From positions 144,522,001 to 144,586,000 of the forward strand of contig NC_042998.1 of NCBI RefSeq assembly GCF_006345805.1: a stretch of 64,000 bases of DNA, in the 5' to 3' direction. Under the pieces are notes generated by a model that ran no database searches, was not told the DNA's origin, and saw nothing but the letters and a program-made list of their open reading frames with translations. Position 1 is the stretch's first letter. Each line of letters starts with the position of its first letter. Of the stretch, positions 27,011-39,179 are shown in pieces. This stretch comes from Octopus sinensis. Taxonomy: Eukaryota. The translations under genes were made by a program, and so were the position numbers.

Positions 27011-28614
27011 CATTCGGATAGAAACATACACACACACACACACATGCATACACTAAAACTTGTTTTTCAAGGAAATTACACAGATGGCAATTTTAACTTA
27101 ATGCTGTTTCAATTGCATTCACAGTCTTTTGTGGCTCAGCAACTTTTTTAAAATACCAGCAAATGTAACAAGTAACAGCAGGTGCATAGCATTGTCATCT
27201 CCTCCTTGAGATGTTTGGCAATATCAGGTCTTTCAGAAGATATCCTGTCCCCCTGCTGTCAGCTATTCTGCTTCTCCCCAATAAACATATGTTCACCATT
27301 CACTGCATTCTTCTTCTCTTCCCCTCTCTCCACTTTCCTTTTGCACTCTTGTGAACCCTCTGTTTACTCATCCTGTCCAATTCTCTCTGTAACACTCCAT
27401 TTACATTCACCTCCTTGTACCTTGAGGTTACATACACTCTGGTATGTCACCACCATCTTTCTTTCCACCTCTTTCCCTGTCAAGGGTAACCATGTATCTC
27501 CTCTTCAGCAAGACACCTGTTTCTCACTCTCTATTTTAGTTTAACCTTTCATCACCTGGTACAAAGCCACCTCCCTTAAAAGCCACTCTGCCTTTCAGCT
27601 GATGGGTCTTTGTTTTACAATCTACTTGGTGACCTCACCAGTGCTGGTACTACATAAAAAGCATCCAGAACACTATCAAGTGGTTGGCATTAGGAAGAGC
27701 ATCCAGCCATAGAAACTATGCTAAAACTGACAGTAGAGCTTAGCACAATCGTCTGGCTTGCAAGCTCCTGTCAAACCATAAAACCCACGCAAGCATGCAA
27801 AATGGTTCTTAAATGATGATGATGGTAATATTAAATCTCTGAACAAGGTATAAACAGTAGCTGCACAACAATGTGAAGTATATTTGCCACTTATTGGTAA
27901 TATTACTGTTGAAGAATAGCAAAGTCTGAAATGAAATTAAGCATTAAACTGTTGCCATCCTGGGGCATCACCTTGAAGAATTTTAGTTGAATGAATCAAC
28001 CCCAGAACTTATTTTTTTTCAAGACTGGTATTTATTTTACCAGTCTCTTTTGCTGAACCACTAAGTTACAGGAACATAATCACACGAACACCAGTTGTCA
28101 AGCAATGGTGGGAGACAAACACACACACACACACAAGTACACAATAGGCTTCTTTCAGTTTCTGTCTATCAAATCCATTCACAAAGCTTTGGTTGGCCTG
28201 AAGCTATAGTAGAAGACACTTGCCTAAAGTGCTACATAGTGAGACTGAACCCAGAGCCATGTGGTTGGTAAGCAAACTTCTTACCACACAGCCATGCCTG
28301 TGCCTATGGTGATAGTCCCTATTAAATTGTTTCTGATAGCTTTGTACTGTAAAAGTGGAAGAAAAATCCCTTTACTTGAAAAACAGAAAAGGATTAGCAA
28401 ACAGAAGAGCATTTGGCTGAAAAAAAAAATGCTTCAATAATACTTGTCCAACGTATGATAGTATAGGAAATGGATAAAAGTAAACCAATGAACGAACTTA
28501 AGGGTCACAGTGGGTCAGAGTTTAAGTGTAAGTGCTTTATCATCTAAACATAACCAACCATGACGAGTTGTTTAGAACATTTGAAATGATAATCTAATAT
28601 TACACTAAACTAAA

Positions 28615-28810
28615 GGTGGTGAGCTGGCAGAATGGGTAGCTTGCTGGGCAAAATGCTTGGCAGCATTTCGTCTGTTCATACATTCTGAGTTCAAATTCCA
28701 CCAATATCAACTAATATCAATAAAATAAATACCAGTTAATCACGGTGGTCAATGTAACCAACTTACCCCTCCCTCGAAATTGCTGGCCTTGTGCCAAAAT
28801 TGAAGCCAAT
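28615..28810 (+). mobile_element. tRNA-derived SINE family B (Meta/MESC-like domain), representative copy
   Basis: ggtgagctggcagaat head, gagttcaaattcc B box, tail ggccttgtgccaaaatt. Other copies at about 3120-3530, 16360-16580, 22870-23010, 40290-40415 and 55430-55600 (minus) carry ctttgcctttcatcc...gataaaataagtacc. The domain name is from memory. Confidence 0.7.
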
Positions 28811-28911
28811 ATTACATTAAACTAATGTTTGCATCTTCCAAAATTGTGCTTCTGGATCCAGCTTTCATTCTTTCATGGTTTTCTGAGAGAACCTTTGAAA
28901 AATTCACTTAC

Positions 28912-28988
28912 CCGCAAGCCACCACAGTTCCTGAAGGACCATAAGCACAGGCCATCACCCATGTTGTTGGCATGGTAACTGCGTGTTC
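28912..28988 (-). CDS. GNB5: G-protein beta-5 coding exon (77 nt)
   Basis: EHAVTMPTTWVMACAYGPSGTVVAC(G). EHAVTMP is Gbeta5-type (Gbeta1 has VHAIPL). Acceptor tttttag, donor gtaagt. Confidence 0.96.
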
Positions 28989-29693
28989 CTAAAAATTAAA
29001 AATTTTAAAGAAAAGTCAGTTATGTAATAACATGAAATTAGTTACCCAATAAAAAGAATTCGAATAAAGTAGCCCCAAAAAGGGCTTTAATGCGTTTCCA
29101 GAGTATATAGAGCATAGGAGGAAATGCTGATAAGGTATGTATGCTAAAATTGTGAAGTATATTATGTAATAACAGGCTAATCACATATGAGATAATAACA
29201 ATTCAAAGTAAATAACTGAAAAAGGCTTTTGCATGTTCCCAGAGAATATTACTCTCAGGGATGCTAGTGCTGGTATATTCGTGAATATATCACTAACCAA
29301 AATAAGTGGATTTATTGTTTTAGGAAAATACTATTTACTTGTTAAAGGGTTGTACTGGATAAATTGTGAAAATAACTCTAACAGTTCAAATACTAAGAAA
29401 TAAGCATACTCAATTTAATTTTTACCAAATAACTTAGGAAAATGGATGGGTTATATCCCTTGGCTATATATAAGGAACCCTTCCAGGGGCAAATGGGTTA
29501 TTTCCCTTGGTTTTTAAAATAAAATATATTACATATATATAAGGATCTCTTCCAGGGGCCCTATTATCGATTTTTTTCAACAATCTGAGTAAGTCATGAG
29601 TTCTACTCACGTGTCAAGTTTCCTCAAAATCGATAAAACGATGTAGGAGGAGTTAGCTAACAACTCCACAAACACACCCACATATGTAGTATA

Positions 29694-29783
<90 letters not shown>

Positions 29784-29808
29784 GTGTGTGTGTGTGTATA
29801 TATATATA

Positions 29809-29859
<51 letters not shown>

Positions 29860-30000
29860 ATATATAAATGGTGTTCACATAGTTCTGCAGGCACAGGTGA
29901 CTTCAGAACTGTCATAAAATGAGTTAGTTCAAATGATGTGTAACATAATAGCAAGAGTTCCTAGATAAGATTTGTGAGAGACAACAACTTCCGTCACTTT

Positions 30001-31218
30001 CCAGGGAGAAAAACTAGAAATAGTTGATAGTTTTCCGTTACCTAGGTGACCAAGTCAGCAGCGGGGGTGGGTGTGCTGAAAGTGTAACTGCTAGAGTAAG
30101 AATAGCTTGGGCAAAGTTCAGAGAGCTCTTACCTCTGCTGGTGACAAAAGGCCTCTCGCACAGAGTGAAAGGCAGACTGTATGATGCGTGTGTACGAACA
30201 GCCATGCTACATGGCAGTGAAACATGGGCCGTGACTGCTGAGGATATGCGTAAGCTCGCTAGAAATGAAGCCAGTATGCTCCGATGGATGTGTAATGCCG
30301 GTACTCACACTCGGCAGAGTGTAAGTACCTTGAGAGAAAAGCTGGACCTAAGAAGCATCAGTTGTGGTGTGCAAGAGAGACGTTTGCGCTGGTATGGTCA
30401 TGTGGCGAGAATGGATGTAGATAGTTGTGTGAAAAAGTGCCACACCCTAGCGGTTGAGGGAACCTGTGGAAGAGGCAGACCCAGGAAAACCTGGGACGAG
30501 GTGGTGAAGCACAACCTTCGAACTTTAGGTCTCACTGAGGAAATGACTAGAGACCGAGACCTCTGGAAGTGTGCTGTGCGCGAGAAGACCCGGCAGGACA
30601 AGTGAGTCCACAACCCGTGGCCTTCTACATGGGATGGAGCCAGCCTACGTATGCATACCTTCCCTTCTTGGGACACAAAACTCTACTTGTGAAGACGTGT
30701 TGAGGCAAGTGAGGATCTGAATCGAAATCGATCAATGGAAATTGCGGATGTGCTACCAGTGCCGGTGGCATGTCGAAACTCTGCTTGTGAAGACCCATTG
30801 AGGCAAGTGAGGATCAGAATCGAAATCGATCAATGGAAATCGATCAATGGAAATTGCAGATGTGTTACCAGTGCCGGTGGCATGTAAGAGAACTTTCTGT
30901 TTCGCGACCGTTGCCAGCACCGCCCCGTTTCGTGTCCGTTGCCAGCCTCGCCTGGCCCTCGTGCCGGTGGCACATAAAAAGCACCATCCGTTCGTGGCCG
31001 TTTGCCAGCTCTGTCTGGCACCAGTGCGGGTGGCACGTAAAAATCACCCACTACACTCACGGAGTGGTTGGCGTTAGGAAGGGCATCCAGCCGTAGAAAC
31101 ACTGCCAGATTTGACTGGGCCTGATGAAGCCTTCTGGCTTCACAGACCCCAGTAGAACTGTCCAACCCATGCTAGCATGGAAAACGGACGCTAAATGATG
31201 ATGATGATGATGATGATA
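30001..31218 (+). mobile_element. Young 5'-truncated RTE-clade LINE: intact ORF2 C-terminus (30024-30605), repetitive 3'UTR, (GAT)n tail
   Basis: Uninterrupted ORF FRYLGDQVSSGGGC..RLYDACVRTAMLHGSETW..RRLRWYGHVARM..GRGRPRKTW. CpG dinucleotides retained. Confidence 0.95.
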
Positions 31219-33128
31219 AGACATGAGATATCAAATACATAAAAGACATACCTGAATAAACATTTATGATTAGTCAACTGGAAAGAGTTTTTTGGTTCAC
31301 TGATTTCTTGTAATACAATCAATAAATAGTTAGGTTGGAATAATGATTGGGTTATCAATAATGTGGCCTGGAAAGCTAATGAAACACTTGCATATGTATC
31401 TACATAGAATCAGAAATGAGCTGTGCCGTTTTCTAGATCAATGGATCAGATCAGTAAGTATTAGAAACATACTTTTTTTTTATATATCAGAGATGAATAA
31501 TTTTTAAGACCTAATTTTCTTTATTGGTAATGGTGAGATTTTATTTCCCTTATTTACTTGTGTATAAGAAACATTTTTTTTTTAAAGATACAACTTCATT
31601 AATAAAAAAAAATCATGTGGTAGCTTATACACACCTATACATGAAACTAAGAAATCATGTGCAAAAAACTTCATTATCACAAGTAACAAAATTAACCTTG
31701 AATAAATTACTTTAATTTTTAATGTATTCTCTAACACCTCTTCATTATCTCTCTTTTTCCCATTGGAGTAGCCATATATCACGTGTACTGTAAGACATCT
31801 GTTTCTGGCTCTCTCTCTAGATATACTACAGGGACTTATTTTATTAAGAGGACAACTGATTAATGCATATGGATGAGGATAGATGCTTAACGAAGTGGCA
31901 ATCTCTAACTGTGGAGGGAGCCTATGGAAGGGGCAGGAAGATGTGAGATGAAGTAGTAAGAAAGGATCTTCAGATCTAGGCCTCACGGAGGAAATGACAA
32001 GGGGCTGGGAAATGTGGTGATTTGTTGTACTTGAGAAGACATGTCAAGCTGAGTAAAATCGTGGCAATCCATACATACAGGCATGTCTGTTGCAGGTGCC
32101 GGTGCAACATAAAAAGCATTCATGCCAGTGCTAATATAGAATGCATTCATACCAGTGCCATGTAAAATGCACTCATGCCATGCTGTGGAAATGCACATGT
32201 ACTGGTGGTATATAAAAAGGAACTAACAGTCTGTAAAGTGGTTGGCATGAGGAAGAGCATCTAGCTATAGAAACCATACCAAAACAGACATGGAGCTGGG
32301 CAGCTCCTGTCAAACCATCCAACTCATGCCATCATGAAAAACAGATGTTAAATGATGATGATAATGAAAGATACCTGTTTCTATTCTTCTATCATACTTT
32401 AACCTTTCATCACTTGGCATAAAGCCACCTCCCTCAATACTGTTCCCATTTCATTTGGGGATGGTATTGTCTTGCAAATTACTTGGACACCTCACTTGTG
32501 CCAGTGCCACATAAAAAACACCCAATACACTCTGTAAGGTGGTTAGCATTAGAAAGGGCATCCAGCTGTAGAAACCATGCCAAAGCAGACATTGGAGTTT
32601 GGTGCAGTCTTCTTGCTCATCAGCACCTGCCAAACCAATCAACCCATAACAACATAGGAAACAGACATTCAATGACGATGATGATGGAAACTAAGTCAGG
32701 GAAAGTTATTCTAGGTTCAATATTTTGAGCTAGCAGACTGACTGGAGATATATTAGAAGTGAAATCAATGACCAAAGTGATACAATGAAGTATATGGGGA
32801 TGGATTGAATAAGAAATAATTTACATAACAGTTTCGATAATATGTATTCTTCTAACCCATGATGGCAAGGGAAGAAATGGAAATAAAACAAATGTCCTAT
32901 CATATGAACAATTTATGACATTGCTCCTGGCTGAAGATTGATTAACAAAAAGATATATTGGTACAATATAAAAAAATCAAGACAATAAAACCATCAAATT
33001 AGTATCTCATCCTTTGTAATTTATAGTTTTTAAAATTTTGAACATGAAAGCCTACCAAAAATAATCATAATGATGGTTACTTTAATGCTGTCTGTGGAAT
33101 ATGTCAAAAAGAAACAGGTTAATCAATC

Positions 33129-34533
33129 CTAGTTAACTCTGTACATCATGTAATAAAACAAAAACATTCTCCCTCTAAAGTTACAGTTAAAGAATGCAAA
33201 CTTATTGTATTTACTGGATTTAGGCATGGCTGTGTGGTTGAGACGTTTGCTTCCCAAACATGGGGTTTCAGGTTCAGTCCCATGGGACCTAGGACAAGTG
33301 TCCACTAAAGCCCTGTAAGAAGATTTGGTAAATTTGGTAGATGGAAACTGAAAGAAACCCAATATCATTTATTTTCTGATATTATGTGAAACAATGTCTG
33401 GCTATGGGGAAATATCATCTGGCTAGGAAACATAAGGGCATCCAACCATTGAAAATCTGCCTCAACAAATTCCGTCTGACCCATTCAATCATGGAAAAGT
33501 GGATGTTAAAATAATGACAATGGACCAGTCAATTCAGACAATAAATAAATATTGTTTAAGGTTATCTCTATACATATTCTATAGCACAGATTTTTGCTAC
33601 GATGTTTTGTAGTGAAATGTCAGAGGTAAACAATGAGATCGAAGATGAAAACAAGTAATGGGTGTATATGCCATATTTTGGGAGTTTTTGCCCATTCATC
33701 AGCATCCATCTAACCCATTAATCATTCTTGAACACATTGCTTAAATATCCACTATATCTTGTGGTGTGTAATAATTGGATATACCAATTTACATATTAAA
33801 CGCATTCCTGGAACTGGTACATAAATATAAATGATTTGTAGGTACATGGCATTTCCTTATGCAACCATAATATACTATAAAGTATATTAGATGTTTTTAT
33901 AAGTCAATACCACATTCTACTGCATCAGCAGTGCACTTTCTAAGTTATTTATTAAGGTTATCTCTATAGATATTTTAAGTAATGTGTTTGAGAAAGATTA
34001 ACGGGTTAGATGGGTGCTCGTGAAGGGGCAAAAACCTCCGAAATATGTTAGTTATGTATAAAAGTCATCCCTTCTACACCACTGATGTTTATACAAGGGA
34101 AAAGCCTCCAATTCAGGCTAATACAGATTGGCATTAGTGTTGTTGCAGACATTGCTGTCAGAATTCAAAGAGGTAGAACAGACACAAGCAAGGCATCCAG
34201 CTTGATCCTCTGATAGTTCTGCCAATCTATCACATTGTGAGTACAGAAAGTCAAAATAAACACCACAAGGTATTCCATCCAATGCTTTGCCCACCCTGCC
34301 AATTCACTGCCTTAAACAAATGTATCTATAATAGTAATATATATGTATTACTTTAGTGGACACTTGTCCTAGGTCCCATGGGACTGAACCTGAAACCCCA
34401 TGGTTGGGAAGCAAACATCTCAACCACACAGCCATGCCTAAATCCAGTAAATACAATAAGTTTGCATTCTTTAACTGCAAATTTAGAGGAAGAATGATTT
34501 TTTTTTTATTACATGATGCACATAGTTAACTAG
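33129..34533. repeat. Nested inverted duplication: outer arms 33129-33310 / 34351-34533, inner arms 33673-33749 / 33969-34046
   Basis: Outer arms over 90% reverse-complementary and include a SINE-head/unique-flank junction. Inner arms about 80%. Confidence 0.9.
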
Positions 34534-34593
34534 AAATGACCATTCTGAAATACAACAATATATATGTAATATACAGTATATATAGTAATATAT

Positions 34594-34646
<53 letters not shown>

Positions 34647-35220
34647 CTAGTAGCCAAGCCCGGTTTCACCCAATCGGTTTGGATGATGTGGCTGTAAAAC
34701 CTGCTCTGTGTAAGCATTCGACTTGCTTGGGCACACTTACTTTAAAGAACAATTTTAGAATGACTTTTTTTCTGTCAAAATGTTAAAAATAACTGGCTTA
34801 CAGAAAAAAAAAAACCATCCAAGATTCAACCAAATCAAAAAATAAACCCAAATACAAAGCGAACAAAGATGAACCATCCCACTTCCATTGTGTACACACA
34901 AATACACATACGCACACTCAAACACACATTCATATACCCCGCCCCTTTACATACACACACATATATTCACATATATAAAACACTCACCCCTTCCTTCCTT
35001 ATTCATCTATCACTCCTTCCTTTCTCATTCATAAACACAAGAGTATTATCATAGTAGATTATCTTGGTAACCATGGGGCCTATGAAAAAAATACAAAGCC
35101 CAGCATCACCACTGGATCATTTTACACATCTGTGTAATTTTTCGTGCAATTCCACCCAGCAATTTGACTGTGAATCCCAAGACAAGAAAGACTCACCCAT
35201 GTCAAATTTATATGTATAGA
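34647..35220 (-). mobile_element. Non-autonomous Helitron (574 bp)
   Basis: On the minus strand it begins A|TCTATACATATAAAT and ends ...gggtgaaaccgggcttggctaCTAG|T: AT target, TC and CTAG termini, degenerate subterminal hairpin. Confidence 0.75.
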
Positions 35221-35304
35221 TTATTATAACATTACTATTATATACTGTATATTATATATTATTATTACAGATATATTTGTTTGAGGCAGTGAATTGGCAG
35301 GGTA

Positions 35305-35600
35305 ATGAAGGTGCATGACTCAGTGGCTAGAGTGTCAGGCTCACAATCATGAGATAATGAGTTCAATTCCCAGACCAGGCTGTGTGTTGTGTGTTTTTGA
35401 GCAAGACATTTCATGCTGCTCCAGCTCACTCAGCTGTAGAAGTGGCATGGAGAAGGGAGGCTGGTGTGTATAGACGACTGCTGGTCTTCCACAAAACTAC
35501 TCTCTGCTCAGATTTGCACCTCGGAGGGAAACTCTGTAGGTGCAATTCCATTGTCATTCATGACCAAAGTGGGTGGTCTTTATCCTCTACCCTTTTAATA
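35305..35600 (+). mobile_element. tRNA-derived SINE, third family (ttgagcaagaca core)
   Basis: gactcagtggctagagtg A-box-like, gagttcaattccc B box. Relatives at about 54585-54800 (+) and 52040-52200 (-). Confidence 0.65.
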
Positions 35601-37322
35601 ATATATAATACATAATATACAATATATAATAGTAATAGATAATGTATAATAGTAATATATAATAAGAGCCAGTTTATGATGAAGATTGTTGGTGACTTGA
35701 AATACTGAAGAATTTTCTTTATTATCTGCATTGTTGAAGCATTTTAACATGTAGAGATATAAATCACCATTATGTTTGTTTATTCAGTTTTTCTGTTTGG
35801 CAGGCCTTTCATCCTTCCGAGGACTAAAAAATGATATATATTCACAAGAGATAGCAACCAGATTTCCTGATACAATCATGAAACGTATCAATCCTGCTTC
35901 TACAAAAAAGTTACCATGTTTTTCTCTTTTATGTCTTTTACTTGTTTCAACCATTGGACTATGGGCACACTGGGGCCATGCCTCCATGCCTGGAAGGATT
36001 TAGTTGAACAAATCAAACCCAGTTCTTTTTTTTTCTTTTAAAGTATTATACTTATTCTATCAGGCTCTTTTGTTGAACTGCTAAGTTATGGGGCATAAAT
36101 AAACCAACACTGGTTGTGAAGTTGAGGGCAGGAGTGGGGGACAAACACAATAGCATATACATACTTAAATACATATCTATATCTATCTCAGCTTAAAAAA
36201 GCAACTGACAAACGGTCTTGTTATCAGCTTGGAAAATGGCGAAATAAAATACTGCTTCGACCAGGAAACCCTGGGTAGCTGTATTTAACAAGAATTGTGG
36301 TATCTTGTCTATATGTTTTACAATTCTGCTTCTACACTAAGTTTACATGTTTTTCCACACATTTTCTGATCTTGTAGGTAAAGAAAAAAATTACAAGAAA
36401 GACTAGATACTGCTTAGAGAGGGAAAAAAGTGATGACACATTCAGAACCACGAGCCCCACCACAACTATTATAATGAGTCAGTGAGTGTGAGTGAAAGGA
36501 GTGTGTGGTGTAATTATCCATTTATCATATTCATTAAAAAAGCGAATAAATAAATAAATAAAAGGAGCAACTGTCAAGGAAATTGAGCAGTTTAAAAAAG
36601 TCAATTTGAGAGGAATGACAAATAGTAAGTCACATTTGGTAGTGATAGTGGTGGTGATGATGATGGTGGCAGTGATAGCGGTGAAAGATAAGTGTGTGGG
36701 TAGTGGTGGTGGTGGTGGCAATAACTGTTCTGTTCTGAGCAGATGAATTGTTATATCATTACACATTGTTTTCTTTTCTCCCCCCCCCCCACCAAAAACT
36801 ACTCTACTTCTTAATTGCAATTTGTAAAGCAATTGAAGATGATTACTAAGATGAGATGGGAGTGGGGAGCAGCTCTGTCACTGCCGCTAATGATTATATT
36901 ATGATGATGATGATGTCAACATTAATGGTGATGTTGATAAGAGGATGAAGAGTTTGATAGCAATGATTATGCCCGATGTAATCATTGGGTCTTCTGACGA
37001 TTGGCCATTCATACTGACCCTCAAATACTGGCAATTGTGTTCAATTAACAAACATCATTTTCTCTCTCTCTCTTTCTCCCCCAGGTACATCATATCATTT
37101 TGTTGTGTAGCCCATGGTCGGCCCTGATGAGGCACATCTAAGATCAACAGTGTTCCAGCTGTTATTAGCATCTGTTTTCTCAGGCAATGTGTATCTAGGA
37201 CTATATTATTGAATTATCTAAATGTATCTGTCTTTCATTACGAAAGTGGGGTTCAAATTGACAGAGAAAGTGAGAGAAGTTACCAAATATAATTTCTTTT
37301 CTATTTTCAAAATAATACTGAC

Positions 37323-37364
37323 CTTGTTGGTTGTAAAGGCATCCCATACCAACATCTTGCCATC
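37323..37364 (-). CDS. GNB5: G-protein beta-5 coding exon (42 nt)
   Basis: DGKMLVWDAFTTNK. Acceptor attttcag, donor gtcagt, phase 0/0. Confidence 0.96.
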
Positions 37365-39179
37365 CTGAAAATATAAAAGACACACAAATGTTAGAATACT
37401 GATGTCTTTTAAAAAGGCATATGAATCAATTTTCAAAAGACAGAGTGTACCTCATTAAATTTATCTTAGTATATCACTGGTACTTACTAAATCAATCATG
37501 GAGGAATGTATAACAAAATTACAGATGTAAAAATGAAATTGAATTGACTTGATTATGAACTGAACTGTTGTTAGAAATGCAGCTCACCTGATCCCCCCAA
37601 ACCATGGAGCTAATTTACAGCTCTAATATACTATCTTTCAATGCTTTCTTTAGCTTGCATTTACTAATCAATATACAATAAATATACAACCATAAATATA
37701 CATAAATATAAACAAGTATTCTATTTTCAGTCTTAGAATAATCCCCAAACAAATTTGTTTAAATTGTTTGTACAAGATCTTTCAATCTTGTACAAACTGT
37801 ATATCAGTGCATCAAGAGAAGATTGGTGCATCAAATGATAGAGAATAAAGTAATGGGTCCCACAGTTGCACTGATGAAAGCAAGTTTATAATTTATAAAC
37901 AAATAGAAAGTATATTAACAAGAACAAAAAACAAATATTTTACTGACATATACACTCATTAGTTCTGCATCACAACAGAGTTTATTCCTACTGGTGTTGC
38001 TATTTTGACAGCTAGATTCTGTGTTGCTACTGTCAAACAGTTAAATGGTCAATACATTTCTTTCTTAACAGCCTGAATTTCAACTCAGCTGTAATATTTA
38101 TTGAGTTTGGGAGAATGAAAGGCAACTTTTATCTCAGTGACATTTGAACTTGAAACACAAAGAGCTATAACGAATATTACAAGGGAGTCTACTTGATGTC
38201 TGATGACTGCCAATTTGCTGCCAGATACACACACACACATCTGTTTTGCCATGATTTCCATCACTGGATACCCTTCCTAATGCCAATCACTTTACAAAGT
38301 GTACTGAGTGTTTTTAGTTGGGTGTCTCAATAAAAGTGCCCAGTATACCCTGTAAAAGTGGTTGGCTTTAATTCTACAACAGATTTAGCTATAGGAACTA
38401 AGTCAAAAGCATAAAGGAGCTCCTGAAGGCTACCAGTCTTTAATTCTTTGCTCGAATTTAAGAAGACTATAATTTATAGAGTGGGACTGAGAAGTGAGCC
38501 CTGGTGCACTAACTTCACACTGAATCATTACAAACTCTCACTCTACTAACTGCACCACTGTATATAGCTTGTATGGCTCTCCCAATAGGCTTAGGCTAGA
38601 TACTCTTTTATGGAACAGGAAACAAATTTCATGGACTGTTGTAGAGATCAGCTAGTGGGAGCTTTTATCTTTTATCTTTTACTTGTTTTGTCATTAGACT
38701 GTGGCCATGCTGGGGCATTGCCTTGATGAGTTTTTAGTCAAATGAATTGACCCTAGTACTTATTTTTTAAAGCCTGGTACTTTTTCTATCAATCCCTTTT
38801 GCCAAGCTGCTAAGTTATGGGGGATGCAAACACACCAGCACCAGTCATCAAGTGGTGATAGAGGACAAACACAGACACAAATGCACACACACAAACACAC
38901 ACGACGGGGCTTCTTTCAGTTTCTGTCTACCAATAATAATAATAATAATAATCTTTTCTTTATTGGCCACAAGGGCTGGATACAAAACGAAAAAGGGACA
39001 ATACACCACAAGGGACAAATGGGGCTTAGCACAAAAATTTGTGTATACAATAAAAATAAAACAATAACAATTAATAAAACTTTTAATAATAAAATCCTCA
39101 AGCAATCTGAAAGGATGCACTGAAGCTCTGATATGCAGCAACCAGGAGCAGGTTCTCTGAACTAACTACATTAAATATC

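Noticed and set aside
30680-31060. Repeated 25-30 nt motifs with spacers, CRISPR-like
   Set aside because: Irregular spacing, spacers are themselves related, the array lies in a LINE 3'UTR, the context is eukaryotic and there are no cas genes.
31121-31142. CTGATGA followed by a hairpin, hammerhead ribozyme-like
   Set aside because: No GAAA after stem II; other copies of this repeat read tggtgcagcc, so the motif is a chance mutation.
37124-37130. Second CTGATGA (hammerhead core or snoRNA box C)
   Set aside because: No GAAA or terminal stem with box D; it appears to be part of a decayed interspersed repeat.
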